Notes: generated from the letters alone by a model not told the origin. A DNA stretch of 64,000 bases from Phycisphaerales bacterium (GCA_036392375.1 DASVYC010000054.1:9200-73199); one strand, 5' to 3'. Counted from the stretch's first letter, positions 48,277 through 59,009 are shown. Program-made: numbers and translations.

Positions 48277-49104
48277 CTACGTCGGCAGCTCGTCTGGGAG
48301 TTCGTCCAATCCTTCGGTCAGGATGCGCGGGCCGTTCTCGGTGATCAGCACGTCGTGCTCGTGATGGCTGGAGCATGACCCATCAGCCGTGAGAACGGGC
48401 CACTGTCCCTTCGCGGACTTGGTGCGTCCGGTTCCCAAGCCGATCATCGGTTCGACCGCGAGAAGCATGCCGGGAGCGCAGGGCAGGTCACCGTCGGGCC
48501 ATTCCGCGGCGTGCAGCGGCACGGAATTGCTCACGAACGGGGCGTCGTGGAGCTTGCGACCGTAACCGTGACCGCCCAAGCCCCGCACGAGATGAAAGCC
48601 GTAGTCGCGTTCAACACAGGTCTGGACCGCCTTAGCCCAATCGATCAGCCGGCATCCGGGCCGGAGCTGGTCAATCCCACGCCGCAGCGACTCCTTGCCC
48701 GCGTCCATCAGCTTTCGAACCTGGGGTGAAGGCTTGCCGATCGAATAGGACCATGCCGCGTCGCCGATCCAGCCGCGGTAGGCCACCCCGATGTCGATCT
48801 TGATCAGGTCACCCGCGACCAGCGGGCGCGTCAGATACCCCGCGGTGCCGTGGACGATGCACTCGTTCACGCTCAGGCACGCATAGGACGGGAACTTGGG
48901 ATCGCTGAAGCTCTGGCGGTATCCGATGAAGCAGGACTTGGCACCCAGCGTGTCGAGCTGCTTGGCGACAAAGGCGTCAATCTGCGCCAGGGTCTGCCCG
49001 GGACGGACAAACCCGACCAGCGCGCGGTGGACATCGACCACGCGCTGCGCGGCGGCGTACGCACCGTCCACGTCTGCTGCTGTCAAGCGTCCGACACCGC
49101 TCAT
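48277..49104 (-). CDS. map: methionine aminopeptidase, type I
   Basis: Start at the ATG ending at 49104 (MSGVGRLT; alternative 49128). Metal ligands in DIGVAYRGWIGDAAW, GHGYG and HHEHDVLIT. The rest of ORF 48277..50148 is antisense to trpA and is discarded. Confidence 0.9.
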   Translation of the reverse strand: MSGVGRLTAADVDGAYAAAQRVVDVHRALVGFVRPGQTLAQIDAFVAKQLDTLGAKSCFIGYRQSFSDPKFPSYACLSVNECIVHGTAGYLTRPLVAGDLIKIDIGVAYRGWIGDAAWSYSIGKPSPQVRKLMDAGKESLRRGIDQLRPGCRLIDWAKAVQTCVERDYGFHLVRGLGGHGYGRKLHDAPFVSNSVPLHAAEWPDGDLPCAPGMLLAVEPMIGLGTGRTKSAKGQWPVLTADGSCSSHHEHDVLITENGPRILTEGLDELPDELPT

Positions 49105-49245
49105 GAGGGTCCTTGGTCCGGGCATGCAAGCCCACACTGTAGAGCGTTGCCCGCTCGGTTCGCCCGCAGAGTTCTCCACACCCATGCCCGAACCTAGCGA
49201 GCATTCTGGGGTAGAGGCCCGCCCGCGCGAGCGGTATAGTCGCCC

Positions 49246-50064
49246 GTGAATCGCATCGAGGCCATCTTCCACGATCTCCGCCAAGGCGAGCGCAAGGCCC
49301 TCATGCCGTTCATCTGTGGCCAGCACCCTTGCCCCGGCGCCACACCCGGGGTGCTGCACGCCTTGCAGGACGCCGGAGCCTCGATCGTCGAGATCGGGAT
49401 CCCCTTCTCTGACCCAATCGCCGACGGCCCGGTGATCGCCGCTGCCATGCACACGGCCTTGGAGCGCGGCGCTTCGATCGAGGGCCTGTTCGGGGAGATC
49501 GCAGCCGCCCGGTCCAGCCTCCACCTCGGGCTGGTGGCGATGTGCAGCGTCTCCATCCTGCACCGCCTCGCCGCGGGCTCGAACCCGGCCGGTGTCGTGG
49601 CTCGCTTCAAGAATGCCGGCTTTGACGGATTCATCTTCCCCGATCTGCCTTTGGAGGAGTCGGACGGCTGGCGGACCGCGGCACGGGAGGCGGGCCTGAC
49701 CTCGACCTTGCTGATCGCCCCCACCACTCCGGTGGAACGTGCCGAGCACATCGCCAAGGCCTGCAGCGGTTTCATTTACCTTCTGGCCCGGGCTGGGATC
49801 ACGGGCGAGCGGTCGGACCTGCCGGATATCGCCGGACGGGTGCAGAAGGTGCGGAGCATGAGCGACCTGCCGGTGGCGGTGGGCTTCGGCGTTTCGTCGG
49901 CTGAGCACGTGCGGCACGTGGTGGCATCGGCGGACGCGGCGATTGTCGGCAGCGCCCTTGTGCGCCGCATCACCGATGCCGCCAACGGTGCTTCGGACGC
50001 TAACGCGGCCGCCGCACACGTCGCGGGCGAGTTTGGCCGACAACTGGCGGCGGGCCTCGGCTGA
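49246..50064 (+). CDS. trpA: tryptophan synthase alpha chain
   Basis: GTG start; VEIGIPFSDPIADGPVI motif; TrpA-like over its full length. A TATAGT hexamer ends 5 nt before the GTG. Confidence 0.92.
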   Translation: MNRIEAIFHDLRQGERKALMPFICGQHPCPGATPGVLHALQDAGASIVEIGIPFSDPIADGPVIAAAMHTALERGASIEGLFGEIAAARSSLHLGLVAMCSVSILHRLAAGSNPAGVVARFKNAGFDGFIFPDLPLEESDGWRTAAREAGLTSTLLIAPTTPVERAEHIAKACSGFIYLLARAGITGERSDLPDIAGRVQKVRSMSDLPVAVGFGVSSAEHVRHVVASADAAIVGSALVRRITDAANGASDANAAAAHVAGEFGRQLAAGLG

Positions 50065-50388
50065 GCCGTCGCGGCCGAGCCGCGCGTCACGCCCCGAGAA
50101 CCCGCCACAAGCCGCACGCGGTCGGCGAGTCCGGCGAATGGGTGCCAATAATCACGCCCGTAGCAACGCACCGACACGCGACACGCGTGACGCCTCTGTT
50201 CGGGTCCGGCGACTGGTTCGTCCGGACAGCGTTCGTCTTTTTTCGTGACAGCGGAAGACCGATCGACCTCGTACAAAGTCCCACTTCTCGAGGGACGCAC
50301 ACAGGAAATCACCATGCACGCCAGAACGGAATCGCAGCACGATTTGCACCTCGCCAATGGCACCAGCCATAGGCCGGAGACCCTACGG

Positions 50389-52515
<2,127 letters not shown>

Positions 52516-52534
52516 GCACCTTCCGTCCTATTCC

Positions 52535-52570
52535 AAGCCCGCGGGCACACGCCCGCGGGCTTTTTCGTTT
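52535..52570 (+). terminator. rho-independent terminator after glnN
   Basis: 12-bp stem AAGCCCGCGGGC/GCCCGCGGGCTT with loop ACAC, followed by TTTCGTTT. Confidence 0.85.
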
Positions 52571-52657
52571 GGGTCCGGGACCATGCTCCTCGCAACGACT
52601 CGCTGTGGCGCACGACATCAGGTCGCGACACCGCTCCCCGGATACGCTTGCTCCTGC

Positions 52658-52730
52658 GGCCTCGTAGCTCAACGGTTAGAGCAGACGACTCATAATCGTT
52701 TGGTTCTCGGTTCGAATCCGAGCGGGGCCA
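52658..52730 (+). tRNA. tRNA with CAT anticodon (elongator Met or lysidine-modified Ile2)
   Basis: GGCCTCGTAGCTCAACGGTTAGAGCAGACGACTCATAATCGTTTGGTTCTCGGTTCGAATCCGAGCGGGGCCA. The 7-bp acceptor stem has one G-U pair; anticodon loop CTCATAA. It lacks the initiator hallmarks (1-72 mismatch, three G-C pairs in the anticodon stem). Confidence 0.85.
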
Positions 52731-52735
52731 TTCAG

Positions 52736-53242
52736 TCAGGGCCGGGGCTTCCCGAAACGGGATTCCATCCACTGCTGGCGGAACGCCGCGGCCGCTCCGA
52801 ACGGTTCGACACGCTCGCCGCCCGCTCGCCTCCGCGTGGCTTCTGCCGCATCGACCGCGAGCAGCCCGGTACCCATGGGCGTGAAGATCTTGGAGTTGAC
52901 CACGAACCACACGGTCGCGGATGGAGCCCACCGCGGCCGCGCATCCACCGCGAACGCACGCTCCCGCACGACGAGGCCTGGATGCCACCGCTCGTGGTCC
53001 AAGGCGCAGCCGGCGTCGTCGAAGTAGAGCGTCCGAAGCTCGCCGTCGTGCTGCACCAGCATCCGCGCGGCGAAGCGCGAGTCCGCGATCGACATGCCAC
53101 ACTCGGCGCATTCGGCGTCGGCGGGAATCGGCTCAAGTGCTGAGCCGAACGCCGTACCGGTGGAAGCGTCGCGTCCCGGCCCGGGAAGCCACACCGCGAG
53201 CAGCGTCGCGAGGACAATCAGTATCAGGAACGCCTTGTTCAT
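52736..53242 (-). CDS. NosL-like (CxxCGM) putative copper-binding exported protein
   Basis: Signal peptide MNKAFLILIVLATLLAVWL. The motif CAECGMSI followed by FDDAGC resembles the NosL family. Confidence 0.55.
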   Translation of the reverse strand: MNKAFLILIVLATLLAVWLPGPGRDASTGTAFGSALEPIPADAECAECGMSIADSRFAARMLVQHDGELRTLYFDDAGCALDHERWHPGLVVRERAFAVDARPRWAPSATVWFVVNSKIFTPMGTGLLAVDAAEATRRRAGGERVEPFGAAAAFRQQWMESRFGKPRP

Positions 53243-53335
53243 CCTGCACCCTCAATCCTCAGATCCCATACCTCAACCTCATACCGCTTTGCCCCAAAAG
53301 CGAGCAACCCCGCGATCTCTCGCGGGGAGCTGGAA

Positions 53336-53410
53336 TGACCCCATGGGGATTCGAACCCCAGTTTTCAGGATGAGAACCTGACGTCCTGGACCAGGCTAGA
53401 CGATGGGGCC
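53336..53410 (-). tRNA. tRNA-Glu (anticodon CTC)
   Basis: Minus-strand read GGCCCCATCGTCTAGCCTGGTCCAGGACGTCAGGTTCTCATCCTGAAAACTGGGGTTCGAATCCCCATGGGGTCA. Anticodon loop TTCTCAT; close to canonical bacterial tRNA-Glu. Confidence 0.9.
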
Positions 53411-53515
53411 AAGGGCTGCGAAATCGCTCGCGTGCCAGGACGGTCGAGGATAGCGCCGAGACCGGCCCCGGGCAACCCCTTCTGCGTCGGCGTCGGTCGG
53501 GAAGACACCGGTCGT

Positions 53516-54343
53516 TCAGTCTTTCGACGCGATGCCCACCAGCACCACGATGTCGTACAGGGCGTGCACGGCGACGACGATCCCGAACCCACGCACCAGG
53601 AACAGCACGCCGAAGTACAGCCCGGCCACGGTCAGGAAGACGAGCACCTTGAGGTCGGCGGTGCCGCGGGCCCCGGCGATCGAGACGTCGTGGTACAGCG
53701 CGAACGAAACCGCCGAGACCACGCATGCGACCACCGCCGCGGTGCCCTTGTTGAGCCGCAAGACGTCTGCGAGCAACGCGTGAACCGCGGTGATGAGCAC
53801 CAGGCGAAAGACCAGTTCCTCGTACAGGCCGGCACCCACCGAGAGCGTGAGCCGCTCCTGCCAAGCCAGAGCCCGCAGGTCCGACGTGGTCGCGACGCCC
53901 GCCAGCTCGATAAAGCGAGCAGGCTCCTCTGTCCCAAGCGCCGGCCCGAGTCTTCGATCCACGATCAGGCCCAGCACGAGCAGCGGCAGAACCAACGCCG
54001 CAGCTTCCATGGCCATCCCGATGATCACGCCCGGATAGATCCGCCACTTCTCGCGGGTGAAGATGTGCCATGTCAGCAGAACCACCACCAGCGCGACCGC
54101 GGGCAGGTGCAGGCCCGGGGCGCCGAAGGCGTCGAAGAATCGAGTCATAATGGCCCGGGCGCCGACGGTGCGCATCGTGCCGCTGGTGGCGTTCTGGAGG
54201 TACAGCACCGACCCGATCTCGTAGAAGATGATCAGCGGCACCAGGAACACCAGAATGTGCAGCGGGGTAACCGAGAGCCGCCAGTAGCTCTGGTTTTCAG
54301 GGTGCATCTCGATCTTGGCGGCACGGGTCATGGGGTCGAGCAC
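53516..54343 (-). CDS. CPBP-family intramembrane glutamic endopeptidase (CAAX protease/Abi)
   Basis: Polytopic ORF with motif 1 EELVFRLVL, a later FALYH motif and a C-terminal AVHALYD. Start uncertain (GTG 54343 or ATG 54331). Confidence 0.8.
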   Translation of the reverse strand: MLDPMTRAAKIEMHPENQSYWRLSVTPLHILVFLVPLIIFYEIGSVLYLQNATSGTMRTVGARAIMTRFFDAFGAPGLHLPAVALVVVLLTWHIFTREKWRIYPGVIIGMAMEAAALVLPLLVLGLIVDRRLGPALGTEEPARFIELAGVATTSDLRALAWQERLTLSVGAGLYEELVFRLVLITAVHALLADVLRLNKGTAAVVACVVSAVSFALYHDVSIAGARGTADLKVLVFLTVAGLYFGVLFLVRGFGIVVAVHALYDIVVLVGIASKD

Positions 54344-54466
54344 TCATCGGTCCGAGACGCGGGGCCGCCTCAACAGGCGATCGCCGCCGGACGGGAAAGA
54401 ACGGGGACGAAGCCTACACGGATCCGACGGCCCTTGCCAAGCACGCCCGTCATCTCGGCTAGAGGC

Positions 54467-55234
54467 TTACCGCGTCCGGGTCACGTTTCGCTCATGCCCG
54501 GCGTGCCGGCGCAGCTCCCGCAATGCATCTTCGGCGCTCTCGAAGGGCGGGAGGTCGTCCCCGGCTGCCAGGCCGCGGGCCAACCAGTGGTCCAGGGCCG
54601 GATCGAGCTCGGTGACCACCTGCGCGGGTCGGACGCCGATCGAACGTCGGTCCAGACCCGTGAGCACACGGAAGAGCAGCTCAAAGACGCTGAGTAACTC
54701 GCTCTGCAGTTCGTGCTCGGTGATGCGGGCGGCATCGAGGGGCCCGCGCTCGCAGTAGCGAGCGACGCCGTAGAGCTCGATGTGCGAGCGGCCGCCGCGA
54801 TCCACGAGCACGAGGGCCGGGTCGAGCGGGCCGTTGTACACGCGACCGGAGTGGGCGGCGTCAATCGCCGTGAGCAGATGTTCGCCGGCATACACCACTT
54901 CCGCGGGGGTGAGCCTTCCGCCGCGCGAGACAGCGAGGTCGTCGAGCGTGATAAGCCCGCCGACATGCCCCAGGTACGGAGCGATCAGGACGGCCTTGCC
55001 CGCGTCGCTGCGCACCTCTTCGACGGGTTCGACGTGCGGCAGCCGACGGGCAATCAGCTCGTCAACCCCGCCGCTCAGGCGGGATGCCAGCGAGGCAGGC
55101 AGCACGTGAGCCAGCCGCGGCGCCCGCTCGCGGATCGACTCGACCAGCAGCCGCTCCCCAAGAGCGCTCGAGGGCAGGGCCCGCACGACCCGGAAGTCGG
55201 GGACCAGGTTCGGAAAGGTGGGCGTCGCGGACAT
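54467..55234 (-). CDS. protein-kinase-like fold protein lacking catalytic motifs (putative pseudokinase), hypothetical
   Basis: 255-aa ORF with the overall spacing of a kinase C-lobe (LTPAEVVYAGEHLLTAIDAAH..NGPLDPALVLVD..IELYG). No HRD or DFG motifs are present. Confidence 0.4.
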   Translation of the reverse strand: MSATPTFPNLVPDFRVVRALPSSALGERLLVESIRERAPRLAHVLPASLASRLSGGVDELIARRLPHVEPVEEVRSDAGKAVLIAPYLGHVGGLITLDDLAVSRGGRLTPAEVVYAGEHLLTAIDAAHSGRVYNGPLDPALVLVDRGGRSHIELYGVARYCERGPLDAARITEHELQSELLSVFELLFRVLTGLDRRSIGVRPAQVVTELDPALDHWLARGLAAGDDLPPFESAEDALRELRRHAGHERNVTRTR

Positions 55235-55290
55235 GACGGCATCGTACCGACATGACGCGGCCGCGATATGCCCAGCATCGAGCGCGCGGT

Positions 55291-57618
55291 CTAGCGATCC
55301 TTCATCGCCTGAGCGCCGTCCGCGGCACGCTGACCGATGGTCGCGACTTTCAGCACCGCGACCGCGGTCTCGAGCTGCAGGTCGAGGCCCTCGTTGAGCA
55401 GCCTCTCGGGATTGGGACGCTCCTTGGCACCCGGGGTGTCACCGGGCAGGACGTCCGCATCGCGGCGCAGCAGGATCGCCTCGGTCGTCTGCTTGGGCAG
55501 CATCTCCATCGGCAGCGTGGGCGAGATCCCCCACTCATGGGCGCCGGGCTTGCGGTGGATGATGCGGTAGCCGGGGGGCGCGTTGTCGGGGATGGCGTAG
55601 TACTGCATCGTGAGCTTCATGGCGGCGTCGTCGGAGATGCCGAAGACCTTCTGCACGCTGCCTTTGCCGAAGCTGCGTTGGCCCATGATCATGACGTTGA
55701 TGTCACCGTTCTCGCCGTAATGCTGCAGCGTGCCGCTGACGATCTCGCTCGCGGACGCGGATCCCTCGTTGATGAGGACGACCACGGGGGTCTTCGAGAG
55801 TCGAGCGATATTGGATCGCGCCACCTCGGGGCTCTCGGCCCGGCCGCCCGGACCCTGCATCGCTACCAGAACGCCGCTATCGACGAACAGGTTGGCGACC
55901 TGCACCGCCTGGTCGAGATAGCCGCCGGGGTTAAAGCGCAAGTCCATCACCAGCCCCCGGAGGCCTTCCTTCTGCATCTGGTTGACGGCGCGACGGAGCT
56001 CGGAAGCGGTGTTCTCGCTGAACTGCGTGAGCCGCACGTAGCCGATCTGGTTCTCGCGATCGATGAACCAGTCCCACGCGTCCTCGCGGGCGCCGCTGCG
56101 CTTCCAGCCCTTGACCGACACCACGTTGATGAGCTGACGCGCGATGGTCAGCTCGACCTCTTCGTACTTCTTCTCGCCCGCGGGCGCGTCCGCTGCGGCC
56201 ACGAGGGGGCGGTCGAGTGACAAGACGACCTTGGTGCCCTCGGGGCCGGTGATGTTGTCCACCACCTGATCGATGCCCATGCCGTAGGCCGACTTGCCGT
56301 CGATTTTCTTGATGATGTCCCCGGCGCGGATGCCGGCGCGGAACGCGGGCGTGCCTTCGATGGGGCTGACGACCTTGACGTTGGACTGATCGTCGAGCTC
56401 GATCTGGACGCCGATGCCGACAAACTTGCCCTGGGTGTTGCGGTTGAAGCGGCTGAGCTCGTCGGGCCAGATGATGGCGCTGAACTCATCGAGCTGGTCC
56501 ATGGCGCCGTTGCCGAACTCGTGCAGCACGGCCTCGCGGGGCATCTTGACGGTGCGGTCGTTCACCGCGAGCACGCGGGTGAGCAGCGCGTCGATCTCCG
56601 CGAACCCGGGCTCGGTGGCGCGACCGAACATGTTCTTGCGGACCTCGCCCAATCGCTCCTTCTCCGAACGCAGCGACGCCAGCAGCGTCTCGCGCGCGGA
56701 GTCGTTGTCCATGCCGGGGAACGCCTTGTGCAGGTCGTGCGTGCCCACCATGGTCTCGACGGCCCCCAGGCCGCCCGCCAGCAGCGTCCGCATCGGGATC
56801 TGCTCGACGTGATCCGAGGCCCGGGCCAGGGCTCGCACCACCGCTTCCTGGTTCACGCCCTGCAGCTTCTTGTTGAAGTCGTCACCCGTGGGGTTGTAAG
56901 GCGGAAGCCGCTTCTGGTTCTCCGCCTTCAACCGGTCGTTGCGGAGCTCCCACAGCCGCTGCGGCACATACAGGCGAAGCATCGAGAGCCGGCGCGTCTG
57001 GCGCTCCAGATCGCCCTTGTAGCGACCCGATTCCTCGTGCAGGGCGTTGAGCAGGCTGTAGAGCTCGCTGGCCGCGAGCCACTGTGCGCTCGACTCCGCG
57101 GTGCGGGCGGCGGCGTCGACTTCCTGCGTGAGCTGCTTGACCCGTGGGTCCTCGATCACGCTCGCCTTGTCGGGGGTCAGCACCCAGAGCTCGATGGCGC
57201 TGCGCATCGCCTGCGACAAGCGCGTGAGCGTGCGCTCTCCGCCCAATCGCTCGTCAAACTCCTTGTTGACTTCGGCAAGCCGCTCGGCCCGCTTGCCCTC
57301 CCGTTTGGCGAGGTTCTGCTCCAACAGCTTGGCCGCGTCCAGGATCTCGTCGCGATCGCCGCCCGAGAAGCTCTGCGGCGGGTTCTTGATGTAGGCCAAG
57401 AAGTCGTCGAACCGGCCCGACTTGGCGATCCGCCAGCCCCGCGTCGACCAGTCGCTCGTGCTCAGGGCCTCGGCTCGGTCATCCGACTGCGCGACGACCG
57501 CGGCGTGGAGCGGGGTCGTCCATCCCGCCGAGATCATCAGCGCCGCGGCGACCAGGCCGGCTCGAAGCATGCTTGCGGACGAGAATCCACGACCACTCCA
57601 ACGCACGATGTCGACCAC
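55291..57618 (-). CDS. carboxy-terminal processing peptidase (S41) with PDZ domain and long N-terminal helical region
   Basis: PDZ (GIGVQIELD..SPIEGTPAFRAGIRAGDII) and S41 catalytic region (LINEGSASASEIVSG, FGKGSVQ). Start placed at the GTG ending at 57618, preceded by AAGGGAGG; ATG 57570 is the alternative. The ORF-track extension to 57879 is discarded. Confidence 0.85.
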   Translation of the reverse strand: MVDIVRWSGRGFSSASMLRAGLVAAALMISAGWTTPLHAAVVAQSDDRAEALSTSDWSTRGWRIAKSGRFDDFLAYIKNPPQSFSGGDRDEILDAAKLLEQNLAKREGKRAERLAEVNKEFDERLGGERTLTRLSQAMRSAIELWVLTPDKASVIEDPRVKQLTQEVDAAARTAESSAQWLAASELYSLLNALHEESGRYKGDLERQTRRLSMLRLYVPQRLWELRNDRLKAENQKRLPPYNPTGDDFNKKLQGVNQEAVVRALARASDHVEQIPMRTLLAGGLGAVETMVGTHDLHKAFPGMDNDSARETLLASLRSEKERLGEVRKNMFGRATEPGFAEIDALLTRVLAVNDRTVKMPREAVLHEFGNGAMDQLDEFSAIIWPDELSRFNRNTQGKFVGIGVQIELDDQSNVKVVSPIEGTPAFRAGIRAGDIIKKIDGKSAYGMGIDQVVDNITGPEGTKVVLSLDRPLVAAADAPAGEKKYEEVELTIARQLINVVSVKGWKRSGAREDAWDWFIDRENQIGYVRLTQFSENTASELRRAVNQMQKEGLRGLVMDLRFNPGGYLDQAVQVANLFVDSGVLVAMQGPGGRAESPEVARSNIARLSKTPVVVLINEGSASASEIVSGTLQHYGENGDINVMIMGQRSFGKGSVQKVFGISDDAAMKLTMQYYAIPDNAPPGYRIIHRKPGAHEWGISPTLPMEMLPKQTTEAILLRRDADVLPGDTPGAKERPNPERLLNEGLDLQLETAVAVLKVATIGQRAADGAQAMKDR

Positions 57619-57885
57619 GCGACCTCCCTTTAGCCAGACCCATCCGCAGACCGACCGCCACAGCGGTTGTTCGGGACCGACTCCCGCGGCATTCACGCAT
57701 CGGGCCGGCGCGAAGACCGCGTGACCGGTTGCCCGACTTCGCTCCGCGCCGGGAGCATATCGGACCGGCGCGATCGATTCGCACCCAACCCGCGGCATCG
57801 CCGCCAACCTTGGCTTGTACCGACTCCCCGGGTCGTGGGTTCGATTCTCGGAACACCCTTCGCCCCCGCCGCGAGGCACGCCACA

Positions 57886-57923
57886 CCAAAAAACGAACCG
57901 CCCCGGGCGGAAACCCGGGGCGG
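57886..57923 (-). terminator. rho-independent terminator downstream of the PEP-CTERM gene
   Basis: Perfect 10-bp stem CCGCCCCGGG/CCCGGGGCGG (57898-57923). On the minus strand it is followed by TTCGTTTTTTGG. Confidence 0.75.
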
Positions 57924-58113
57924 AGTTTGGTCAGCGAACGAACCGCCAAGAACGTGCTGACCGAGACACGCCAACGCGGCGTGCCCCACGAAGTCTCGAA
58001 TCAGGCCTCTTGATTCGCTCTCGTCATTGTGAACGCGAAGCGGTCAAGACACCCACCAACCTATCACACGCCCGGGGTCCCTTGCAAGGTCCGGGCGTCG
58101 GTTACGCACTGTT

Positions 58114-58839
58114 TCAAGCGCGACGACGACGGGCGGCGACCAAGCCGCCGAGGCCGACGAGGGCCAGAGCGCCGGGAGCCGGGATCGCGGTGGCGTTGAA
58201 CTGCACGTTATCGATGCGGTTGTTGCCGTTGCCGCTGGTGGCGCCGTCGAGGAGCAGGCGAACGTATACGGTGCCCTGGTTGTTGAGGCCCGCGCCGAAG
58301 TTAAAGGTGTAGAGGTTGAAGGAGGTCTGACGCGACTCGTAGGTCGCGAAGTTCGAGAAGTTCACACCGTCGGTCGAGGTCTGGATCGTGTTGGGGCTGG
58401 CGGCCGAGCCGAAGCCGGTGCCGGTGCCGCGACCAGCGAAGGTCATGACCAGATTGCTGTAGCCGCTGGTGCTGATGGCGAACTGCACCCAGCCGCTGTT
58501 GGCGGTGACAGGGTTGGCGTTCTGATTACCGATGGAGCCGACGACCGTGAGGGCGCCGCCGCTGACGTCGCCAAAGAGCGAGTTCAGGGTGTTGCCGGCG
58601 AAGGTGCCAACATGGCCCGTGGGCGTGCTGGTCGCGGTGGTGTTGAAGACGAGCCCGCCGCCGATGGTCAGGGTGCCCGCGCCCGCGTTGACGGCGGTGC
58701 TGTTGAGCACGCCGAGTGTGCCCGAGCCGCTCTGGGCGGTGCTGGCGTTGAAGTTCCAATACGCGAGCAGATCCGCGCTCGCCGTGTTGGCGATCGCCGC
58801 GCCGGCCGCAAGGGCCAACGCCAAATACGCATTCTTCAT
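58114..58839 (-). CDS. PEP-CTERM sorting-domain secreted protein
   Basis: Start at the ATG ending at 58839 (MKNAYLALALAAGAAIANTASA, a signal peptide). The C-terminus is IPAPGALALVGLGGLVAARRRRA, i.e. a PEP-like motif, a TM helix and an Arg cluster. Confidence 0.78.
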   Translation of the reverse strand: MKNAYLALALAAGAAIANTASADLLAYWNFNASTAQSGSGTLGVLNSTAVNAGAGTLTIGGGLVFNTTATSTPTGHVGTFAGNTLNSLFGDVSGGALTVVGSIGNQNANPVTANSGWVQFAISTSGYSNLVMTFAGRGTGTGFGSAASPNTIQTSTDGVNFSNFATYESRQTSFNLYTFNFGAGLNNQGTVYVRLLLDGATSGNGNNRIDNVQFNATAIPAPGALALVGLGGLVAARRRRA

Positions 58840-59009
58840 GATCTCAAATCTCCTATGCAATCTCTCCTCGACGCGCTCGGAAAAGCGCTGCCCCGTCACA
58901 AGGGGCTTGTCTCTCGTGGCAGATAGAATAGCGAGCGGGCACCCGAACGCGACACAAAAAGGGTTTGGATTCCGCGAAGATTTCGGAGCTTCCAGTCGCG
59001 TTCCCGGAC

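Noticed and set aside
50065-50388. Sigma-54 (TGGCAC-N5-TTGC) promoter or nitrogen-control site upstream of glnN, and a trpA terminator.
   Set aside because: TGGCAC and TTGCAC hexamers are present but in the wrong order and spacing. The GTCCGG/CCGGAC stem at about 50204-50227 with a distal T-run is too weak and ambiguous to call.
52658-53410. Integrated mobile element or genomic island at the tRNA-CAT and tRNA-Glu loci (also near tRNA-Asp and tRNA-Val).
   Set aside because: No integrase, transposase, or phage or conjugation genes anywhere in the window. No duplicated tRNA 3' halves found by eye. Flanking genes have host-like GC.
57826-57865. Possible tRNA or tmRNA 3' end (GGGTTCGATTCTC T-loop-like sequence).
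   Set aside because: The T-stem gives only 4 pairs, two of them G-U. No complementary 5' acceptor arm, D-arm or anticodon arm lies within 70-90 nt. No tmRNA-like tag ORF ending in Ala-Ala-stop and no CCA-proximal GGGG/CCCC acceptor. It is kept only as part of the structured-region finding.
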